Positions 18,337-28,135 of a DNA stretch of 64,000 nucleotides are shown here, one piece after another (the first letter of the stretch is position 1; the number at the start of each line of letters is the position of its first letter). The stretch comes from an uncultured bacterium (GTDB taxonomy: Bacteria > Acidobacteriota > HRBIN11 > JAKEFK01): NCBI GenBank assembly GCA_963777505.1, contig CAVZQN010000004.1:800001-864000 (forward strand). Reading direction: 5' to 3'. The position numbers were made by a program, and so were the translations under genes. Under the pieces are notes generated by a model. It worked only from the letters and a program-made list of their open reading frames with translations, had not been told where the DNA came from and ran no database searches.

Positions 18337-19401
18337 TTATTGGCCGATTTGACGGATGGTGTCGCAGATGAAATCGCCGGCAGCTCGCGTGCCGAGATTG
18401 CCGCCTAGATCACGTGTGATTTGATTTTCAGCAACCGCTCTCGCGATCGCTTTCGATACAAGCTGAGCTTCGGCATCCAATTGCAAATGTTCAAGCATCA
18501 ATTGAGTTGTAAGAATTGCACCAAATGGATTTGCGATATCCTTTCCCGCGAATTTAGGAGCCGAACCATGAACAGGTTCAAACATGCTTGTGCTCTTTGG
18601 ATTAATGTTCGCGGAAGCAGCCATACCGAGACCGCCCTGTAATGCTGCTCCAAGATCCGTAATAATGTCGCCAAACATATTGCATGTCACAATGACTTCA
18701 TAATTCTTTGGATGCAATACCATTTGCATCGTCAAAGCATCAACATACATGTGTGACGATTCAATCGATGGATACCTGGCTTTAACTTCATTGAAAACAC
18801 GCTGCCATAAATCATGTCCATAGGTTAAGACATTTGCTTTGTCAGCCATCAAAACTTTGTTTCTGCCGGTACGCGTTGCAAATTCAAATGCATATTCAAT
18901 GATACGCTGGACACCCTTTCGCGTATTGATGTCTTCCTGAATCGCAATTTCATCAGGAGTATTCTTTTTGAAATTACCACCCATGCCTACATAAGAACCT
19001 TCGGTATTTTCGCGGAAGATCGACATGCGGATTTCTTCCTTTTTTATGTTCTTCAAGGGGCAGAGTCGTTCATCAAGCAAATAGACGGGGCGGTAATTCA
19101 CATATAAATCCAACTTAAATCGCGTTCCCAGAAGAATATCCGCGGCATGTTTGTTGTCTGCAACACGCGGATCGCCAAATGCCCCCATAAAAATTGCATC
19201 ATGATCGCGCAAGCGATCATAACCATCTGAAGGAATACTGATACCAGTCTGCAGATATTTGTCAGCGCCCCAGTCAAAATGCCCAAGTTCAAACTTTGTA
19301 CCTGTAACATCGGCACATGCTTGCAATACTTTGACAGCTTCGGCAGTTACATCAACACCGATTCCATCCCCTGGAACAACTGCAATTTTTTTCGATTTCA
19401 T
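18337..19401 (-). CDS. leuB: 3-isopropylmalate dehydrogenase (isocitrate/isopropylmalate/tartrate family)
   Basis: [30 protein letters not shown]; start re-placed at MKSKKIAVV; substrate not provable. Confidence 0.75.
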   Translation of the reverse strand: MKSKKIAVVPGDGIGVDVTAEAVKVLQACADVTGTKFELGHFDWGADKYLQTGISIPSDGYDRLRDHDAIFMGAFGDPRVADNKHAADILLGTRFKLDLYVNYRPVYLLDERLCPLKNIKKEEIRMSIFRENTEGSYVGMGGNFKKNTPDEIAIQEDINTRKGVQRIIEYAFEFATRTGRNKVLMADKANVLTYGHDLWQRVFNEVKARYPSIESSHMYVDALTMQMVLHPKNYEVIVTCNMFGDIITDLGAALQGGLGMAASANINPKSTSMFEPVHGSAPKFAGKDIANPFGAILTTQLMLEHLQLDAEAQLVSKAIARAVAENQITRDLGGNLGTRAAGDFICDTIRQIGQ

Positions 19402-19458
19402 AATTGCTTGAGAAATTAGAAGATGCAGTTTAAAAGATGGCTTGTTAGGTGTCAATCC

Positions 19459-19565
19459 GGAGCGCGGACATCCTTGTCCGCATTACGGGCCGCAGGCATC
19501 TTGCCTGCAAGAAATTGCGGACTAGAAGTCCGCGGCCCTAAATGCAGGCTGGAAGCCTGCGCTCC
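19459..19565. repeat. REP-like composite element, family C
   Basis: Ends GGAGCGC...GCGCTCC; internal hairpins GCGGACATCCTTGTCCGC, GCAGGCATCTTGCCTGC, GCAGGCTGGAAGCCTGC. Confidence 0.7.
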
Positions 19566-19569
19566 GTAC

Positions 19570-19600
19570 TTGACACATCCAATTTCCTTTAGATATAAAT
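19570..19600 (+). promoter_or_regulatory. sigma70-type promoter with overlapping palindrome (candidate MarR operator); probably leaderless mRNA
   Basis: TTGACA 19570-75, TATAAA 19594-99, TTTA-gata-TAAA 19588-99; ATG at 19606 with no RBS. Confidence 0.55.
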
Positions 19601-19605
19601 GATTT

Positions 19606-20301
19606 ATGTATAAAGCTTTGGTCACCGGTGGAACGCAAGGCATTGGGCTTGTGATTGCGACAAATCTGAAAGATTTGGGCTATCAAGTCACTACGTGTGC
19701 GCGCGGAAAGGACGCTGATATTCAATGTGATGTAACCGATCCAACCGCTGTTCGCAAAATGCGAGAAACGACAGGTCCGATAGATATCCTGATCAACAAT
19801 GCGGGGGGTGTGATTACTGCGCCTTTTTTAAAAATAAAAGAATCGGATTGGGATCAGCAATTCAACTTAAATGTTAAGAGCGTGTATTACTGTATCCAGG
19901 AATATCTTCCAGCAATGCTTGAGAAAAAATTCGGACGAATCATCAATATTGCATCAACAGCAGGAAAGGTGGGTTATCAATACATCACAGCATACTCGGC
20001 GGCAAAGCATGCAGTGATCGGATTAACTCGTGCTTTAGCGCGTGAAATCGCTACACAAGGAGTTACTGTCAATGCAGTTTGTCCATCTTTTGTAGACACT
20101 CCGATGCTTCAAAAGTCTGTTGAGCCAATTGCCAAAAAAACCGGAAAATCTCCGGAAGAGATTTTGGAATCCTTCCGGGCTCATAGTCCTCAAAAACGTT
20201 TTGTAACACCTGAAGAAGTTGCATCGGCCGTTCGTTTTCTGATTGAAACTCCATCGGTAAACGGACAGGCCATTTCACTATGTGGGGGGGAAACAGTTTG
20301 A
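19606..20301 (+). CDS. SDR family oxidoreductase
   Basis: TGGTQGIG, NNAG, YSAAK. Confidence 0.9.
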   Translation: MYKALVTGGTQGIGLVIATNLKDLGYQVTTCARGKDADIQCDVTDPTAVRKMRETTGPIDILINNAGGVITAPFLKIKESDWDQQFNLNVKSVYYCIQEYLPAMLEKKFGRIINIASTAGKVGYQYITAYSAAKHAVIGLTRALAREIATQGVTVNAVCPSFVDTPMLQKSVEPIAKKTGKSPEEILESFRAHSPQKRFVTPEEVASAVRFLIETPSVNGQAISLCGGETV

Positions 20302-20693
20302 AGAAATTTGTGAATCCTGAAACGCTTGCGCGTCCTAAGGGATATAGCCATGGAACAATTGGAAGATCTGATGGACGTATTTTTTTTATTGCCGGCCAAA
20401 TCGGCTGGGATAAAAATGAAAAATTTGCAAATGGTTTGCTTGCCCAATTTGATCTTTGTCTGGCGAATATCCTTGACGTTCTTCATGCCACCGGCGGGAG
20501 TGTTGAAGATATTGGACGTCTCACAATATTTGTAAAAGATAAAACAGAATATCTAAATCTTCGCAAAGAGATTGGAAAAGTTTACCGAAACCGGATGGGA
20601 CGTCATTATCCGGCAATGAGTCTTTTTGTTGTAAAAGATCTGCTGGAAGATGACGCGCTTGTTGAAATTGAAGCAACAGCGGTGGTACGGTGA
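20298..20693 (+). CDS. RidA/YjgF family protein
   Basis: PKGYSH, AGQIG, HYPAMS, VEIEATA; TTG start overlapping the SDR stop. Confidence 0.9.
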   Translation: MKKFVNPETLARPKGYSHGTIGRSDGRIFFIAGQIGWDKNEKFANGLLAQFDLCLANILDVLHATGGSVEDIGRLTIFVKDKTEYLNLRKEIGKVYRNRMGRHYPAMSLFVVKDLLEDDALVEIEATAVVR

Positions 20694-21145
20694 AACCTGC
20701 AGTTCGCAAAGTGAGCTTAGACTCAAACCATGCGGGTGTGAGCGCCTGGATCCGTTTGATTAAGGCTTACAATCTCGTGTTGCGGAAAGCACGAGGCCGT
20801 TTAACCGAATGCACATTATCGCAATTTGATGTAGTTGCGCATCTCGTCCGCGAAAAAAACGGTATGACTCCTGTGGAATTGTCCCGCAAATTGCTTGTAA
20901 CGGCCGGCAATATCACAGGATTAATCGATAGAATGGAAAAATCTGGATTAGTACAGCGCATTCGTGACACAAAAGATCGCCGAACAATTCGAATTCAACT
21001 TACGGAAAAAGGCCGCAAACTCGCAAGCCGTGTCATTCCAAGACATTCCGCGGATATTGAATCAATCTTTACTGCACTGAATGAAGCAGAAAAAAATCAG
21101 CTTCACAAGACGCTTGATAAACTGATCCTTTCGTTGGAAAAATGA
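20690..21145 (+). CDS. MarR family regulator
   Basis: QFDV, ELS..LLVTAGNITGLIDRME, DRR, LTEKG. Confidence 0.92.
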   Translation: MKPAVRKVSLDSNHAGVSAWIRLIKAYNLVLRKARGRLTECTLSQFDVVAHLVREKNGMTPVELSRKLLVTAGNITGLIDRMEKSGLVQRIRDTKDRRTIRIQLTEKGRKLASRVIPRHSADIESIFTALNEAEKNQLHKTLDKLILSLEK

Positions 21146-21957
21146 TGAAAGTAAAAAGTTTTGAATTCACAATCAAGGACGGAATCGCTCGAATCTTTCT
21201 TAATCGTCCTGAAGTTTACAATGCAATTACTTTCGATGTTTATCGCGAGATGTCTGATCTTTTTCTAGAACTTCGTTCGGATCCTGAAACGAAAGTTGTC
21301 ATTATCAGCGGAAAAGGCAAAGCTTTTTGCAGTGGTGGTGATGTACGAGAAATTATTGGTCCATTATTGGATCATGGTGAAGAGGAACTGCGAAAGTTCA
21401 CGCGTCTCACATGCGATTTAATCTGGAATATGCGAATGCTGCCAGTGCCGGTGATCGCCAGCCTGAATGGTGTTGCGGCTGGTGCGGGCGCTATGATTGC
21501 AATCGCATCCGACTTTCGCATCGCAGTAGAGAATGCAAAAATCGCTTTTCTTTTCGTACGTGTAGGTCTTTCCGGTGCGGATATGGGTGCCTGTTATCTT
21601 CTTCCAAAGATTGTTGGCCTTACCAAAGCAACTGAACTTCTAATGACTGGTGATTTCATTTCAGCTCAAGAAGCTTACCGGATCGGCTTATATAACAAAG
21701 TTGTTTCACCAGAAGAGCTTGATGAAGCGGTTCTGACACTGGCGCAGCAGCTTGCAGAAGGACCTTCGACTGGACTCGCCGTAACAAAACAGCAAATCAA
21801 TCAAGAAACTTTACCTGAATTAAGGAAGGCTCTGGATGAGGAAGAAAAAGCACAAGCGCGATGTATGATGCATCCAGACTTTCGCGAGGGATATGCTGCA
21901 TTTACTGAAAAACGAAGACCTTCATTTCAACCGCGCAGGATCCCAGAGGAGTCATAA
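21142..21957 (+). CDS. Enoyl-CoA hydratase/crotonase family protein
   Basis: AFCSGGDV, GVAAGAG, VGLSGADMG (type found in anthraniloyl-CoA clusters). Confidence 0.9.
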   Translation: MMKVKSFEFTIKDGIARIFLNRPEVYNAITFDVYREMSDLFLELRSDPETKVVIISGKGKAFCSGGDVREIIGPLLDHGEEELRKFTRLTCDLIWNMRMLPVPVIASLNGVAAGAGAMIAIASDFRIAVENAKIAFLFVRVGLSGADMGACYLLPKIVGLTKATELLMTGDFISAQEAYRIGLYNKVVSPEELDEAVLTLAQQLAEGPSTGLAVTKQQINQETLPELRKALDEEEKAQARCMMHPDFREGYAAFTEKRRPSFQPRRIPEES

Positions 21958-23061
21958 ATGATTGATCCTCTGCCGCATGAATATGAGCTCTTAGCGACAA
22001 TCGTTAAGAACTTTTTTTCAAAAGAAGAATATCAACAAGAAAACCAGCTTCCTGAGTTTTGCCGAAAATTAATTCGAGCAATGGGAGATCACAAGCTGCT
22101 TGATTATGTCGCGCCTTCGCCTTCTTCGCGCAACCTATGTTTTCTGCGTTACTCTATCGCGCAATACTCCGCGCTCGCAGATCTTTTGTTTGCCATGCAG
22201 GGACTTGGAAGCTTCCCGATTTCGATTGCTGGAAATGAGGAACAAAAACAGAAATATTTAGCTGCAGTTGTTCGTGGCGAAAAAATTGCAGCATTCGCAA
22301 TGACTGAACCGGAAGCGGGTTCCGATGCAGGCGCAATGCAGATGCAAGCTCAAAAAAAAGAAGGTGGTTATGTTCTGAATGGAACTAAAACCTTGATTAG
22401 TAATGCAGGACTTGCGGACTTTTACACGATTTTCGCCCGCACCTCCACCGGACAGCGCGGCATTTCCAGTTTCATTTTAGATGCAGACAACCCGGGAATT
22501 AAAATAATTCCGATGGAATTGATGGGAGCTCATCCGATCGGCCGCCTGGACTTGAAAGATTGTTATGTGCATGAAAGAAATCGTTTAGGTGCTGAAGGAG
22601 ACGGATTGCGGATTGCAATGAGCACACTTGATGTTTTCCGCTCAAGTGTCGCGGCTGCTGCAATAGGAATGGCCCAAAGAGCTTTTGAGGAAGCAATTTC
22701 TTATTCAAAAAAAAGAAAACAGTTTGGCAAATCCTTATCCGAATTTCAGGGAGTTCAATTTAAGATCGCTGAAATGGCTACGGCATTAGCTGCGTCGAAA
22801 AGTCTTGTTTGGCATGCCGCATCTCGCAAAGACTCAGGAGCCCGAACTAATCTTGAATCCGCAATTGCTAAAGCATTTGCAACCGAATCAGCTCAACAGA
22901 TCATTGATCAATCGTTGCAAATCCATGGAGGGATCGGACTGTTGAAGGGTTCAATTACAGAAAGACTCTACCGGGATGTGCGAGCGCTGCGGATTTATGA
23001 AGGCGCAACAGAAATTTTGAAATCGATTATTGCGGCCCATTATCTGAAGGAGGATGCGTGA
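21958..23061 (+). CDS. Acyl-CoA dehydrogenase
   Basis: FAMQGLGS, AFAMTEPEAGSD, QIHGG, RIYEGATE. Confidence 0.92.
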   Translation: MIDPLPHEYELLATIVKNFFSKEEYQQENQLPEFCRKLIRAMGDHKLLDYVAPSPSSRNLCFLRYSIAQYSALADLLFAMQGLGSFPISIAGNEEQKQKYLAAVVRGEKIAAFAMTEPEAGSDAGAMQMQAQKKEGGYVLNGTKTLISNAGLADFYTIFARTSTGQRGISSFILDADNPGIKIIPMELMGAHPIGRLDLKDCYVHERNRLGAEGDGLRIAMSTLDVFRSSVAAAAIGMAQRAFEEAISYSKKRKQFGKSLSEFQGVQFKIAEMATALAASKSLVWHAASRKDSGARTNLESAIAKAFATESAQQIIDQSLQIHGGIGLLKGSITERLYRDVRALRIYEGATEILKSIIAAHYLKEDA

Positions 23062-23768
23062 ATACCTTCCGTACTGCAGCGGACCTGCCTCAGGATTACA
23101 AGCATCTTTTGTCTCAGGTACTGCGTAATCAAGCCTATTGCGAAATGGCTTCCGCAAACATGCTGGGCCATTCACTGAAATTCATCCCAGAGTTGTATTA
23201 CAAAATTGCTGCAACGCAGCAAATTGGAGAAGAGCTTGAAAGATTCACACAGATCGCGCGTATCTATGGTGAACTAACAGACGGAAAAGATTTATTTGAT
23301 GATCCCGATCCGCGCCTTTTTAATATTCCATATGCTGAAAATTGGTTTGAACTTTCAATGGTGCAGTTTTTATTCGACCGCTCGTGTGAGTTTCACCTTC
23401 GTGAATACATGAATTGCACATTCGAACCATATGCAAATCTTGTGAAGGCTCTCATTCGTGAAGACAAACTAAACGGCGGCTTCGGAGAAAAAGTATTAAA
23501 GGAATATTGCCAGTATTCAACCAACCGGGGCGAAGCTCAACGCATTTTTGATCAATGGTTTCCAATTGCACTTGAAAATCTGGGATATATGGATCCTTCG
23601 CGTGAATTGCTTGCAATCAAACATGGGATGAAGAGCCGTGAGTCGGGGGCTGTGATTCAAGATTTTATTTCGCAGATAAAACCTGCCATGCGCGAATGCG
23701 GATTGACTTTCAGAACGCTTGATGACCTGGAGACGCCACTTCCCGCAGATTTGGATCTTACGGTATGA
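23058..23768 (+). CDS. PaaA/PaaC-like ferritin-fold protein with degenerate di-iron motifs
   Basis: LPQDYK, QAYCE, EELER, LFDR, FEPYA, REDKLN, QWFP..LE.LG pattern; no His in either ExxH position. Confidence 0.6.
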   Translation: MNTFRTAADLPQDYKHLLSQVLRNQAYCEMASANMLGHSLKFIPELYYKIAATQQIGEELERFTQIARIYGELTDGKDLFDDPDPRLFNIPYAENWFELSMVQFLFDRSCEFHLREYMNCTFEPYANLVKALIREDKLNGGFGEKVLKEYCQYSTNRGEAQRIFDQWFPIALENLGYMDPSRELLAIKHGMKSRESGAVIQDFISQIKPAMRECGLTFRTLDDLETPLPADLDLTV

Positions 23769-23790
23769 AAACGTAAAACGTATTGGTCTT

Positions 23791-25245
23791 ATGAAATTAT
23801 TCACTCCTTTCACGATCAACGGAATGACACTCCCCAACCGTTTTGTGCTTCCAGCAATGGTGACACGACTTTCTGGCGAAGATGGATTTGTAAATGAAGA
23901 TATCAGACAACGTTACATCCGATTCGCAAAAGGGGAGCCTGGTTTAATTGTGATTGAAGCCATGGCAGTTCATACGGCTAAGAGTGGTCCGCTTTTGAGG
24001 CTAAGTGAAGATGCGCATATTCCTGGACTGTCAGCGCTTGCGAAAGAGATCCACGAAATCAGTCCATCAAAAGTTGTTCCGCAAATCATTCATTTTTTAA
24101 AAATCGCGCGAAGTGGTTGGCGGCAGAAGATCAAAGATTTATCGCACGATGAAATCCGCTTTATTGTAGAAGCCTATGCTGCATCTGCCGAGCGTGCGCG
24201 CCGAGCCGGATTTGATGGCGTTGAACTTCATATGGCGCACGCATATACGCTTTCTTCCTTTTTGTCTTTGCGCAATACACGCAACGACGAATATGGACGC
24301 TCTCTTGAAAATCGGATGCGGTTGATGACTGAAGTTATTTCGGCTGTACGCTCCCGAATTGGATTTGATTTTCCACTGGGTATCCGTTTTGATGGCGAAG
24401 AATGTATTAAGAACGGTTACACACTCAACGATTCGAAAAAGATGGCTTTACGAATGGCGCAGCTTGGTGTTGATTACATCAGTATTTCTGCCGGCGGAAA
24501 ATTTGAAGATGCTATTCACAAACCTGGAGATCCACTCTACCCATATACAGGCTATTCCGGTGATCGTTGTATGCCATCTTCAAATTATCCGGATATGGCA
24601 AACACGTATCTGGCAAGCGGCATTAAAGATTTTCTGATCCAAAACGGTTTTTCACTGCCAGTTGTAACGACAGGAAAAATTCGGACACCTGATCAAGCAG
24701 AAGAAATATTGCAACAGGGTCATGCAGACCTGATAGGAATGGCACGCGCATTGTTAGCTGATCCTGATTTGCCTCGTAAGGCACGTGATGGACGATCGGA
24801 TAAAATCATCTGGTGCACCTATGGGAATGTCTGTAAGAATTTGGATGAGAATTTTAGAAAAGTTACATGTGTGTTGTGGCCCAAAGGAAGTCTTCAAGCA
24901 CCAGAAAGTTCTGATACAACGCCTCCGGTTTGGCCCGAGAAAGGTGCAGCATTAACGGCGGAGTATCGAATCGGTCAAGTTTTTTTGAAATGGAGTGAGG
25001 CTTCAGACAATGAAGCGGTGTATGGATACGAAATTTATAGAAGTGTAAATAAGGATAAGCCAGTGCATCTAGCAACAGTGAAGCGCAATACACATTATGA
25101 TTTGAGTGTTGCGGGCGGCGAAGTATACAGCTATTTTGTTGTTGCATATGATCTTGCAGGAAATCGTACGGAGCCATCGAATATCGTGAATGTGGAAATA
25201 AGGCCAGGCAGTCGCGGATGCGGGGATCGGAGACCGGCCCATTAG
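23791..25245 (+). CDS. NADH:flavin oxidoreductase (OYE family) with C-terminal fibronectin type III domain
   Basis: LPNRFVLPAM, GFDGVELHMAHAY, ARALLADPD; DTTPP..W..ASDN..YEIYR..AYDLAGN; start re-placed at MKLFTPF. Confidence 0.85.
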   Translation: MKLFTPFTINGMTLPNRFVLPAMVTRLSGEDGFVNEDIRQRYIRFAKGEPGLIVIEAMAVHTAKSGPLLRLSEDAHIPGLSALAKEIHEISPSKVVPQIIHFLKIARSGWRQKIKDLSHDEIRFIVEAYAASAERARRAGFDGVELHMAHAYTLSSFLSLRNTRNDEYGRSLENRMRLMTEVISAVRSRIGFDFPLGIRFDGEECIKNGYTLNDSKKMALRMAQLGVDYISISAGGKFEDAIHKPGDPLYPYTGYSGDRCMPSSNYPDMANTYLASGIKDFLIQNGFSLPVVTTGKIRTPDQAEEILQQGHADLIGMARALLADPDLPRKARDGRSDKIIWCTYGNVCKNLDENFRKVTCVLWPKGSLQAPESSDTTPPVWPEKGAALTAEYRIGQVFLKWSEASDNEAVYGYEIYRSVNKDKPVHLATVKRNTHYDLSVAGGEVYSYFVVAYDLAGNRTEPSNIVNVEIRPGSRGCGDRRPAH

Positions 25246-25315
25246 AGGCCCGGGTTTAACGCGCGGCGGGTCCGCAAACCCGGGCCTCAAGTGACAGATC
25301 CGAGGCGCAAAGATA

Positions 25316-26503
25316 ATGGATGAGTTGCTGAGTTTACGATCAGAGTTTCCGATTTTAGAAACAACAACGTACATGATCAGCCATTCTCTTGGTGCTATGC
25401 CCCGGAAAGTTTACGATCGTTTACGTGAATTTGCTGATACATGGGCAACTCGCGGAATTCGTGCATGGGCCGAAGGTTGGTGGCAGATGCCGGTTACGAC
25501 CGGAAATAAGCTTGCCTCTTTGATTGGCGCTCAACCCGGCGAAGTCGTGATGCATCAAAATGTTTCTGTTGCAGTCTCAGTCGTTTTATCTGCATTGAAG
25601 TTTAACTCGCCAAGGAATCGTATTCTTTATCTTGATGTTGAATTCCCTACAGTGATTTATGTTCTGGAAGCGCACCGTCGCCATGGGGCGGAAGTCATTT
25701 CAATCAAATCTCCTGACGGTCTGGAAGTTCCATTAGAAGCCCTCATCGATGCAATTGATGAACGCACATTGATCGTGCCTTTGTCTTATGTTTTTTTCAA
25801 AACATCTACACGGATTGATATCGAAAGAGTTGTAAAAAAAGCGCATGAACATGGTGCATATGTTCTTTTAGATGCATATCAGGCGACCGGAGTTGTGCCG
25901 ATTGATGTAAAGAAATGGGATATTGATTTTCTCGTTGGCGGCTCTGTGAAGTGGCTTTGCGGCGGGCCAGGCGCTGGATATCTATATGTAAAGCCTTCGT
26001 TGTACTCATTGATTGAGCCCACCGTTACAGGATGGGTAGCACACGAACATCCATTTGCATTTGAAACAGGCGCAATAAAATATGCAAAAGATAGCATGCG
26101 TTTTTTGCATGGATCGCCACAAATTCCAGTTTTCTATGCAGCCGAACCAGGCTATGACTTGATCAATCAAGCAGGAGTGGATCGGATCAGAAAAAAATCG
26201 GTCGAGCAAACCACACGAATGATACAACTGTGTGATCAACGTGATTATAAGATTCAAACACCGAGGGATTCCGAAAAGCGGGGTGGAACGATTGTTGTCG
26301 ATGTTCCATATGGAGATGCTGTCGTAAAAGAATTGTCCGCTCGAAATATTCTTGTCGATTATCGCCCAGGCGCTGGGATCCGCATTTCACCGCATTTTTA
26401 TACACTGGATTCCGAAATCGATCAGACTTTTGAAGCGATCGATGAAATCATCAAATCAAAATCGTACGAGAAACATTTGAATCAACGAGGAAGCCAATAT
26501 TAA
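25316..26503 (+). CDS. kynU: Kynureninase
   Basis: SHSLGAMP, DAYQ, GGSVKWLCGGPG; adjacent to TDO. Confidence 0.85.
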   Translation: MDELLSLRSEFPILETTTYMISHSLGAMPRKVYDRLREFADTWATRGIRAWAEGWWQMPVTTGNKLASLIGAQPGEVVMHQNVSVAVSVVLSALKFNSPRNRILYLDVEFPTVIYVLEAHRRHGAEVISIKSPDGLEVPLEALIDAIDERTLIVPLSYVFFKTSTRIDIERVVKKAHEHGAYVLLDAYQATGVVPIDVKKWDIDFLVGGSVKWLCGGPGAGYLYVKPSLYSLIEPTVTGWVAHEHPFAFETGAIKYAKDSMRFLHGSPQIPVFYAAEPGYDLINQAGVDRIRKKSVEQTTRMIQLCDQRDYKIQTPRDSEKRGGTIVVDVPYGDAVVKELSARNILVDYRPGAGIRISPHFYTLDSEIDQTFEAIDEIIKSKSYEKHLNQRGSQY

Positions 26504-26508
26504 TGTTT

Positions 26509-26549
26509 GTAGTAAGGGACGCAGCCGAGCGAATGCGAGGCAGTGCCGT
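26509..26549. repeat. Partial copy of REP-like family B
   Basis: GTAGTAAGGGACGCAGCCGAGCGAATGCGAGGCAGTGCCGT matches 45730 and the reverse of 56428-56527. Confidence 0.7.
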
Positions 26550-26558
26550 TTATAAAAT

Positions 26559-27344
26559 ATGAAAGACGATTACGGAAAGTCACAACTCACGTACAACGAA
26601 TATCTCAAGGTTCCTGAACTGCTGAAACTACAGCGCTGCCTTAGCGATCCAGCTTCGCACGATGAATTGCAATTCATCATTACTCATCAAGCATATGAGC
26701 TGTGGTTCAAGCTCATGCTTTTCGAGATTGATACGATCAAAGAGCGCATGAACGGCGGCGATGTGCGTACTGCGGTGTGGTTGTTCCGGCGTGTCAATGC
26801 GATTGCGAAATTATTAATTCAGCAAATTCATATTTTGGAAAGCATGAGTCCGCTCGATTTTCTTGAATTCCGCGGAAAGCTAAACCCCGCGAGCGGCTTT
26901 CAATCCGTACAATTTCGAGAAATTGAGTTTGTTTCCAATCTGAAAAATGAAGCCCTCATGACGCATCTCAAAAGCGACCCTGAGACAATGGCAAAACTTC
27001 AGAAGCGTTTTAATGAACCAACGTTGTGGGATGCATTCCTGGAATTATTGAAGAAAAACGGTTTTGAAATTCCAGAGGATCGTAACAGTGAAGCGATTGC
27101 GAAAGAACTCGCCCGGCTGCATAAAGAATCTGAGAAACATTACGATCTGTTTGCGTTATCAGAAGAGATGATGACTTTTGATGAATCCATTGGACTCTGG
27201 CGCATGCATCATGTTCGGATGGTTGAGCGCATGATTGGAAATAAAATAGGCACTGGCGGAAGTGAAGGTGTACGGTACTTAACCACAACCATAACTAAAA
27301 AATGTTTCCCGGAACTCTGGGACGCTCGTACATACTTGGAGTGA
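26559..27344 (+). CDS. kynA: Tryptophan 2,3-dioxygenase
   Basis: HDELQFIITHQAYELWFK, SGFQSVQFR, RMIG.KIGTGGS. Confidence 0.96.
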   Translation: MKDDYGKSQLTYNEYLKVPELLKLQRCLSDPASHDELQFIITHQAYELWFKLMLFEIDTIKERMNGGDVRTAVWLFRRVNAIAKLLIQQIHILESMSPLDFLEFRGKLNPASGFQSVQFREIEFVSNLKNEALMTHLKSDPETMAKLQKRFNEPTLWDAFLELLKKNGFEIPEDRNSEAIAKELARLHKESEKHYDLFALSEEMMTFDESIGLWRMHHVRMVERMIGNKIGTGGSEGVRYLTTTITKKCFPELWDARTYLE

Positions 27345-27380
27345 CCCACAGGAGGGCGGGCGTCTCTGCCCGCCATAAAA

Positions 27381-28115
27381 ATGTCGTTATATTGGGAAGA
27401 ACACAGCTGGACTGATTTACAAGAGCGAAAGCCTCAAGTCGTACTCCTTCCGATCGGTTCAGTTGAAGCGCATGGCCCACATTTGCCGCTCGCGACAGAT
27501 ACAATTATTTCTGGTGAAATGGCGCGGCGCTCCGCGCTGGAATTACAGCAAAAAGGAATCTATTCATTAATCCTTCCCCCATTGCAGTATGCGGTCACCG
27601 ATTTCAGCCGTGATTTCCCCGGAACAATTACAATCCGGAAGGAAAATTTTCAAAACATACTAAAGGATATTTGTAATGCGCTTCGTGATACTGGAATTCC
27701 TGTATTGTGTGTTGTGAATTCTCATTTGGAGCCTGCACACATCAATGCAATCCATGATGCGATTCGTGAAATCAAAGGGATCCGGGTTGTGTTTCCTGAT
27801 AAAACTAAAAAACCGTGGGCTTCCTTGTTAACGCCAGAATTTAAGCAAGGAGCTTGTCACGCCGGATGTTATGAAACGTCTCTTGTACTTGCAGCACGCG
27901 AGGAGCTTGTTCGGAATGAACGTGCGAATTTGCCTCCGAATCCAGTTAATCTCGCAGTATTAATGAAGCAAGGTGTAAGTACATTCAATGAAGCAGGTGC
28001 CCCGCAAGCATATTTTGGTGATCCAGCCGCTGCATCGATTGAAGAAGGGGAGCAAACATACGAAATTCTCACTCGCATGATCGTCGAAAGCGTTCTGAAT
28101 TCACTTAACGATTAA
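27381..28115 (+). CDS. Creatininase-family amidohydrolase
   Basis: PIGSVEAHGPHLPLATD, NSH, HAGCYETS, GDP. Confidence 0.9.
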   Translation: MSLYWEEHSWTDLQERKPQVVLLPIGSVEAHGPHLPLATDTIISGEMARRSALELQQKGIYSLILPPLQYAVTDFSRDFPGTITIRKENFQNILKDICNALRDTGIPVLCVVNSHLEPAHINAIHDAIREIKGIRVVFPDKTKKPWASLLTPEFKQGACHAGCYETSLVLAAREELVRNERANLPPNPVNLAVLMKQGVSTFNEAGAPQAYFGDPAAASIEEGEQTYEILTRMIVESVLNSLND

Positions 28116-28135
28116 ATCGACTGTTTGCTTTTGCT

